Shown here in pieces: positions 62,107 through 64,000 of a stretch of 64,000 bases of DNA (its first letter is position 1; every line of letters begins with the position of its first letter). Made by a program: the position numbers and the translations under genes. Under the pieces are notes generated by a model. That model was not told the origin of the DNA. It made no database searches and saw only the letters and a program-made list of their open reading frames with translations. This DNA comes from an uncultured Planctomycetaceae bacterium (GTDB taxonomy: Bacteria > Planctomycetota > Planctomycetia > Planctomycetales > Planctomycetaceae). The stretch spans positions 128,001-192,000 of the forward strand of contig CAWFAK010000017.1 of the NCBI GenBank assembly GCA_963813715.1. The letters are read 5' to 3'.

Positions 62107-64000
62107 GTGGCCATCGAGACAAAAGTGCCCAATATCGAGAGTATTCTGGCCTCCGCCGTCGAAATCTCGGCGGTCGAAGAGCGGCAGAGGTACGTCGAGC
62201 ACTGTTGCGGCGGCGACGAGTCCCTTCGAGCCCGCGTGCAAGAGCTGATCGAGAATCACTTTCGTGCCGGCAGCTTTCTGGAATCCCCGGCCGCCGGCTT
62301 TGCCGCCACCATCGACCTGGCAATTACGCCGGAAACCCCCGGCACGGTGATTGGGCCGTACAAGCTGCTGCAGCAAATCGGCGAAGGGGGGATGGGCGCG
62401 GTCTACATGGCCGAGCAGACGCAGCCGGTGCAGCGCAAAGTCGCCCTCAAGCTGATGAAGCCGGGCATGGACGGTCGCCAGGTGCTGGCCCGCTTCGAGG
62501 CGGAGCGCCAGGCGTTGGCCCTGATGGATCACCCCAATATCGCGAAGGTGCTCGACGCCGGTTCTGCCGGGGGCGACATCACGCGCGGCGGTTCGGGCCG
62601 ACCCTACTTCGTGATGGAGCTGGTCAAGGGGATACCGATCACCCGCTACTGCGACGAGCAGCACCTTACGCCGCGGGAGCGTTTGCAGCTCTTCGTCCCC
62701 GTCTGCCAGGCCGTGCAGCACGCGCACCAGAAAGGAATCATTCACCGCGATCTCAAGCCAACGAACGTGATGGTGTGCCTCTACGACGACCGACCCGTGC
62801 CGAAAGTGATCGACTTCGGGCTTGCCAAGGCCGCGGGCATCAAGCTCACCGAACGGACGCTGTTCACCGAGTTCGGATCGATCGTCGGCACGCTCGAGTA
62901 CATGAGTCCCGAGCAGGCCAAGCTTAATCAGCTTGATATCGATACTCGCAGCGACGTTTACTCGCTGGGCGTGCTGTTGTACGAGCTGCTCACCGGGACG
63001 ACGCCCTTGCGGAAGGAGCGTTTTCAGGACACGGCCGTCCTGGAAGTGCTGCGGCTCATTCGCGAGGAAGAGCCGCAGCGACCGAGCGTCCGGCTGAGCA
63101 CGATCAAAGGGCTGCCGGCGGTCGCCGCTAATCGCGGCTTGGAGCCGAGCGAGCTCAGCGGGCTCGTTCGCGGCGAGCTCGACTGGATCGTGATGAAGGC
63201 GCTGGAGAAAGATCGCAATCGCCGCTACGAGACGGCCAACGAAATGGCCCTCGATATCGAGCGATTCCTGCACGACGAGTTGGTGCGGGCCTGTCCCCCG
63301 TCGGCCGGGTATCGCCTCTACAAGTTCGTGCATCGGAACCGCGGCACAGTTCTGGCGGCGTGCCTGCTCTTGCTGGCGCTCCTGGCAGGTATGGTCGGCA
63401 CGACGGTCGGCTTGCTGCAGGCGAAGGCCTCGGCCAAGGCCGAAAGCCTCGCGCTGGTGGACGCGCGGACCAAGCAGAAGCTCGCGGAGGAGGCGATCGC
63501 CGGCGAGGAGGCACGATTTGCGTTGGCCCGGCGTCTGGCCGACGAGATGATCCAAATCGCCGAGGAAGAAACGGCTGAGGGACGCGGGCAGCAGCAACGT
63601 TTGCGCCGCCGTCTGTTGGAATCGGCCGTGGCCTACTACCAGGAATTCATCGAATTGCGGCGGGACAATCCCGGCGCTCAAGCCGACCTGGAATCGACCC
63701 GCAATCACGTGCAGGCGATCCTGGCCGACCTCACGCTGATGCGCGACGCCTATCGACATTTGCTGCTGACCGACCGCGCCGTGCAAGACGAATTGAAGCT
63801 GTCGCCCGAGACGCGCACGCGGCTGGCAACCGTGCTGAGCGATATTCGAGACGTTCCGCCCGGTTCGCCGCCGCGTCGGGAGCCCCCGCCCGGCAGCGGC
63901 GACGACCGGTCGGGTCAATTGCTCCGCGAGATGCGGACGCACGAAACGGCCATCGGGACGATTCTCTCCCCCACGCAACTCACTCGCTTGGCGCAAATCG
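62107..64000 (+). CDS. Membrane Ser/Thr protein kinase paired with the ECF sigma factor; runs off the window edge
   Basis: GTG at 62107. CCGGDESLRARVQELI..HFRAGSFLESP, GEGGMG, VALK, HRDLKPTN, DFG, YMSPEQA and GELDWIVMKALEKDRNRRY, then a TM near 63350. Confidence 0.92.
   Translation, partial: MAIETKVPNIESILASAVEISAVEERQRYVEHCCGGDESLRARVQELIENHFRAGSFLESPAAGFAATIDLAITPETPGTVIGPYKLLQQIGEGGMGAVYMAEQTQPVQRKVALKLMKPGMDGRQVLARFEAERQALALMDHPNIAKVLDAGSAGGDITRGGSGRPYFVMELVKGIPITRYCDEQHLTPRERLQLFVPVCQAVQHAHQKGIIHRDLKPTNVMVCLYDDRPVPKVIDFGLAKAAGIKLTERTLFTEFGSIVGTLEYMSPEQAKLNQLDIDTRSDVYSLGVLLYELLTGTTPLRKERFQDTAVLEVLRLIREEEPQRPSVRLSTIKGLPAVAANRGLEPSELSGLVRGELDWIVMKALEKDRNRRYETANEMALDIERFLHDELVRACPPSAGYRLYKFVHRNRGTVLAACLLLLALLAGMVGTTVGLLQAKASAKAESLALVDARTKQKLAEEAIAGEEARFALARRLADEMIQIAEEETAEGRGQQQRLRRRLLESAVAYYQEFIELRRDNPGAQADLESTRNHVQAILADLTLMRDAYRHLLLTDRAVQDELKLSPETRTRLATVLSDIRDVPPGSPPRREPPPGSGDDRSGQLLREMRTHETAIGTILSPTQLTRLAQI

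Noticed and set aside
61930..63996. 688-aa minus-strand ORF
   Set aside because: Antisense shadow of the Ser/Thr kinase.

Overview
High-GC bacterial chromosomal segment. Gene content suggests a planctomycete (inference from the TIGR02999-type ECF sigma factor next to a Ser/Thr kinase, a very large M56/BlaR1 protein and repeated carboxypeptidase-regulatory-like domains). Many genes, including transketolase, carry single-base frameshifts that look like uncorrected long-read errors, so several calls join ORF pieces. Layout: (1) 1-15.8 kb, minus strand: a tandem array of at least seven paralogous secreted multi-beta-sandwich proteins plus a relic, preceded by three near-identical membrane microproteins. 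(2) 17.3-27.6 kb: tkt, phosphoketolase, glgP, a cytochrome P460-family gene, pgm and a HAD hydrolase. (3) 27.6-33 kb: TPR and membrane proteins and a 2 kb non-coding repeat zone. (4) 33-45.6 kb: transglutaminase, acyl-CoA ligase, hppD-hmgA, a kinase-SRPBCC fusion with a NUDIX gene, DUF1697, an OPT transporter and an alpha/beta hydrolase. (5) 45.7-53.7 kb: a SpoIIM/RDD/DUF4129/DUF4350/MoxR/DUF58 cluster. (6) 53.7-64 kb: a second pentamer-repeat zone, a NUDIX-MBL fusion divergent from blaI/blaR1-like genes, kynureninase, and an ECF sigma factor with a kinase. Two observations stand out. The secreted array proteins are collinear, ectodomain-only homologues of the extracellular part of the M56 sensor 40 kb away. 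Two distant non-coding GGAC(G/C)-pentamer arrays share an exact 19-bp motif in inverted orientation. No rRNA, tRNA, CRISPR array or transposase was recognised.
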